This document shows positions 61,466 to 64,000 of a stretch of DNA of 64,000 nucleotides, in pieces (within the stretch, counting starts at the first letter, position 1; every line of letters starts with the position of its first letter). The position numbers were made by a program, and so were the translations under genes. Origin of the DNA: Candidatus Kerfeldbacteria bacterium (lineage in GTDB: Bacteria > Patescibacteriota > Patescibacteriia > UBA9570 > XYC2-FULL-38-9); contig JACPGJ010000003.1 of assembly GCA_016182555.1 (NCBI GenBank), positions 10,920-74,919 of the forward strand, in the 5' to 3' direction. The notes beneath the pieces are model-generated. The model had not been told where the DNA came from. It searched no databases and saw only the letters and a program-made list of their open reading frames with translations.

Positions 61466-62320
61466 ATGATGTTGAATTTTGCACCGCAGTGGCAACACGT
61501 GCGGCACAATCGACACCGTTTTTCCGGAATTCTATTACTGCTGATGGCAGTTTTTCTGTTTTTTACGCGCATTACACCGGTGGACGCAGCAAAAAAAACA
61601 ACGCATAAAGATACGGAAGCCAAAACACCAACGTATAAATATGTTTCTGTTCCTAATGTAGAAGAAGTAAATATCAATTTCGACCGCGCAACTATTCAAA
61701 AAGGATATAGCATTCAAGGACCGAGTCAAGAAGTAACACTCGGCGTACCGGGTGGTTCGCTCACGGAATATGACACCGTGCATATCAATATTCGCGCACT
61801 CAAGAAAAAGTTTTTGCCGCTCGATAACGAACAATCATTAAGCCGAGTGTATGCATACAGCATTACTGAACCGCACGGAGAAAAAGTAGATGTGAGCCAA
61901 CCATTGTGGTTAAGTCTGCTGGCAAAAAAAGAAAGTAAAAAGGGCTATACAATAAAATTGTGGAATGCTAAAATAGGCGAGTGGGAGACGATTCCAACAA
62001 CGTTTAACGAATCGGCGAATCGTTTCAATACTACTCTAAGCAAACGCCATGCGATTGTTGGTGTCTTTGCAAAGCCGTATGTTGAATTTTCGGGCAAAGC
62101 GAGTTGGTATGATTGGTATGGTGCCGCGATGAACGATTTACCAATTGGTACGCGCATTCTGGTGATCAACCCAAATAATGGAAAGCAGGCAACGACAACG
62201 GTTGTGTCTACCGGGCCCTATGTTGCAAACAGAATCATTGATCTTCCGCGTGACATTTTTTCACAACTTGGTGAATTATCATCCGGTGTGATGGATGTCG
62301 TCGTTCGCAAAATTGATTAA
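61466..62320 (+). CDS. Secreted protein with C-terminal RlpA-like double-psi beta-barrel domain
   Basis: GKASWY, LPIGT, GPY..RIIDL; TTGACA-17 nt-TATTCT promoter just upstream of ATG 61466. Confidence 0.75.
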   Translation: MMLNFAPQWQHVRHNRHRFSGILLLLMAVFLFFTRITPVDAAKKTTHKDTEAKTPTYKYVSVPNVEEVNINFDRATIQKGYSIQGPSQEVTLGVPGGSLTEYDTVHINIRALKKKFLPLDNEQSLSRVYAYSITEPHGEKVDVSQPLWLSLLAKKESKKGYTIKLWNAKIGEWETIPTTFNESANRFNTTLSKRHAIVGVFAKPYVEFSGKASWYDWYGAAMNDLPIGTRILVINPNNGKQATTTVVSTGPYVANRIIDLPRDIFSQLGELSSGVMDVVVRKID

Positions 62321-62332
62321 TCTTCGTTGTTC

Positions 62333-63013
62333 ATGATCACGTTTGAACACGTCTCAAAATTGTATGAAGACGGCACCGTCGCTGCGGCGGATTTGAATTT
62401 TACGATTGAACCCGGCGAATTTATTTCGATTGTTGGTCATTCGGGAGCAGGGAAGACCACCATCGCCCGTATGATTATTGCGGAAGAAAAACCATCTGAA
62501 GGTCGTATTATTATTGGTGGTTGGGATATTTCTGCGATTAAACGGAGTGAAATACCAGTGTTGCGCCGGCAAATTGGTGTAGTTTTTCAAGATTTTAAAT
62601 TACTGAAGAAAAAAACTGTTGAAGAAAATATTGCATTTGCGTTAGAAGTGTGTGGAGCGAAGCGAAAAAAAATTCGCAAAATCGTTCCGCAGTTGTTGCG
62701 TATTGTCGGCTTGGAAGAGAAAGCGGATAAGTTCCCGAATCAGTTGTCTGGTGGTGAACAGCAGCGAGTGGTCATTGCACGTGCATTGGTGCACCGCCCA
62801 AAAATTTTAGTGGCAGATGAACCAACCGGAAACTTGGACACCATTACCGCTCATGAAATTACTGATTTGTTGCTCAAAATCAATCAACTCGGCACAACCG
62901 TGGTGCTCGTGACCCATAACCCGGAAATTGTGAACCGTTTGCGTAAGCGGGTGATTACGGTGGACCATGGCGCTGTTTCTTCTAATAAAAAAACTGGTAA
63001 ATATACACTCTAA
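62333..63013 (+). CDS. ftsE: Cell division ABC ATPase FtsE
   Basis: [42 protein letters not shown]. Confidence 0.95.
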   Translation: MITFEHVSKLYEDGTVAAADLNFTIEPGEFISIVGHSGAGKTTIARMIIAEEKPSEGRIIIGGWDISAIKRSEIPVLRRQIGVVFQDFKLLKKKTVEENIAFALEVCGAKRKKIRKIVPQLLRIVGLEEKADKFPNQLSGGEQQRVVIARALVHRPKILVADEPTGNLDTITAHEITDLLLKINQLGTTVVLVTHNPEIVNRLRKRVITVDHGAVSSNKKTGKYTL

Positions 63014-63924
63014 TGTTTGTTGGAATTATTCGCACTATTCGATTCGCCGTTCAAAATTTTTCCCGCAATTTGTGGTTGTCGGTGATTACCGTGTTTTTGC
63101 TTGTGCTCACTACCATGAGCATGACCCTTGTTGGCACGTTAAATATTATTGGGCAACAGGTCATTCATACCATTCAAGATAAAGTGAGTATTGATTTGTA
63201 TTTTTATGATTCGGTTTCAGAAAAAGATATTATTGATACGCAGAATTTTCTGCAATCGTTGAGTGGAGTGGCAGACTTGGTGTATGTATCCAAAGATCAA
63301 GCATTGGAACAATTCAAGGAAAAACATGCAGATGACCCAGAAATTTTATCATCGCTGAGTGAAATGGAAGAAAATGTGTTGCCCGCAAGTCTCACGGTGC
63401 GTGCAAGGTCCATCGATGACTACCCGCACATTATTCGTGCGTTTCAAGCATCGCCGTATAGCGAATTTATTGATCGCACCGATTACAGCGACAACCGTGC
63501 CATTATTAACCGTGTAACGACACTTACGCATAAAGCGTACGATATTGGTTTAGGAGTAAGCTTGATATTTATTATCATTTCTATTGTGGTGATTTTTAAT
63601 ACCATTCGTATTACTATTTATAGCCACCGTGAAGAAGTGGGCATTATGAAATTAGTGGGTGCAACGAATTGGTTTGTCCGTGCGCCGTTTGTGTTGGAAA
63701 GTGTATTACTTGCGGTGATTGCCTCTGTTATTACCTTGTCATTGTTTTATGTGTTATTATATGGTTCAGATCCAACCATTACCGCTTTTTTTGAAGGACA
63801 ATTTTCTATTTTACATTATTGTACCGAGCATATATGGCGAATTGTAGCAATTGAGTTTGGTGGCGCGATTTTATTGAGTGTAGCGTCGAGTATGATTGCT
63901 ATAACAAGATATTTAAAAAAATAA
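63013..63924 (+). CDS. ftsX: Cell division permease FtsX
   Basis: NFSRNLWLS, YVSKDQAL, NTIRITIY, MKLVGATNWFVRAPF. Confidence 0.93.
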   Translation: MFVGIIRTIRFAVQNFSRNLWLSVITVFLLVLTTMSMTLVGTLNIIGQQVIHTIQDKVSIDLYFYDSVSEKDIIDTQNFLQSLSGVADLVYVSKDQALEQFKEKHADDPEILSSLSEMEENVLPASLTVRARSIDDYPHIIRAFQASPYSEFIDRTDYSDNRAIINRVTTLTHKAYDIGLGVSLIFIIISIVVIFNTIRITIYSHREEVGIMKLVGATNWFVRAPFVLESVLLAVIASVITLSLFYVLLYGSDPTITAFFEGQFSILHYCTEHIWRIVAIEFGGAILLSVASSMIAITRYLKK

Positions 63925-63934
63925 TATATCATTT

Positions 63935-64000
63935 ATGAAACATGCCAACATATTGGTTCGTTTCTCGCCATTCGTTGCTGTGCTCCTTGTTGCATTAGTG
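63935..64000 (+). CDS. Partial ORF with signal-like N-terminus (possibly an FtsEX-regulated hydrolase or activator)
   Basis: MKHANILVRFSPFVAVLLVALV, open to the window end; product guessed from position only. Confidence 0.45.
   Translation, partial: MKHANILVRFSPFVAVLLVALV

Overview
A 64-kb chromosomal segment, roughly 40% GC by eye, read with the standard bacterial code (TGA is used as a stop). Gene content and style suggest a monoderm Patescibacteria/CPR (Parcubacteria/ABY1-like) genome; this assignment is inference. In order: a two-gene restriction-modification system (nuclease-MTase fusion plus specificity subunit); NDT-like and RDD genes; a GC-rich orphan gene with an in-frame TGA behind a structured leader; a ~36-kb surface-glycan region (Wzt-type ABC ATPase, GT2/GT4, several polyprenyl-phosphate-sugar modules with flippases and GT-C-like transferases, rmlACBD, ahcY and adenosine kinase); murA, an S41 protease, rplI, pyrG, rpmA; a type IV pilus cluster; mraY, FtsB-like, PrsA-like, tRNA-Thr(CGT), RlpA-like and ftsEX. 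The strongest unexplained signals are non-coding: a dispersed GTAG-bearing hairpin element in two copies with six compensatory base-pair changes (12308-12392, 47070-47149), a neighbouring multibranch inverted repeat, and a pseudoknot-capable leader upstream of the orphan gene. Candidate new glycan biochemistry is also described. Protein calls come from motif recognition only; no searches were run.
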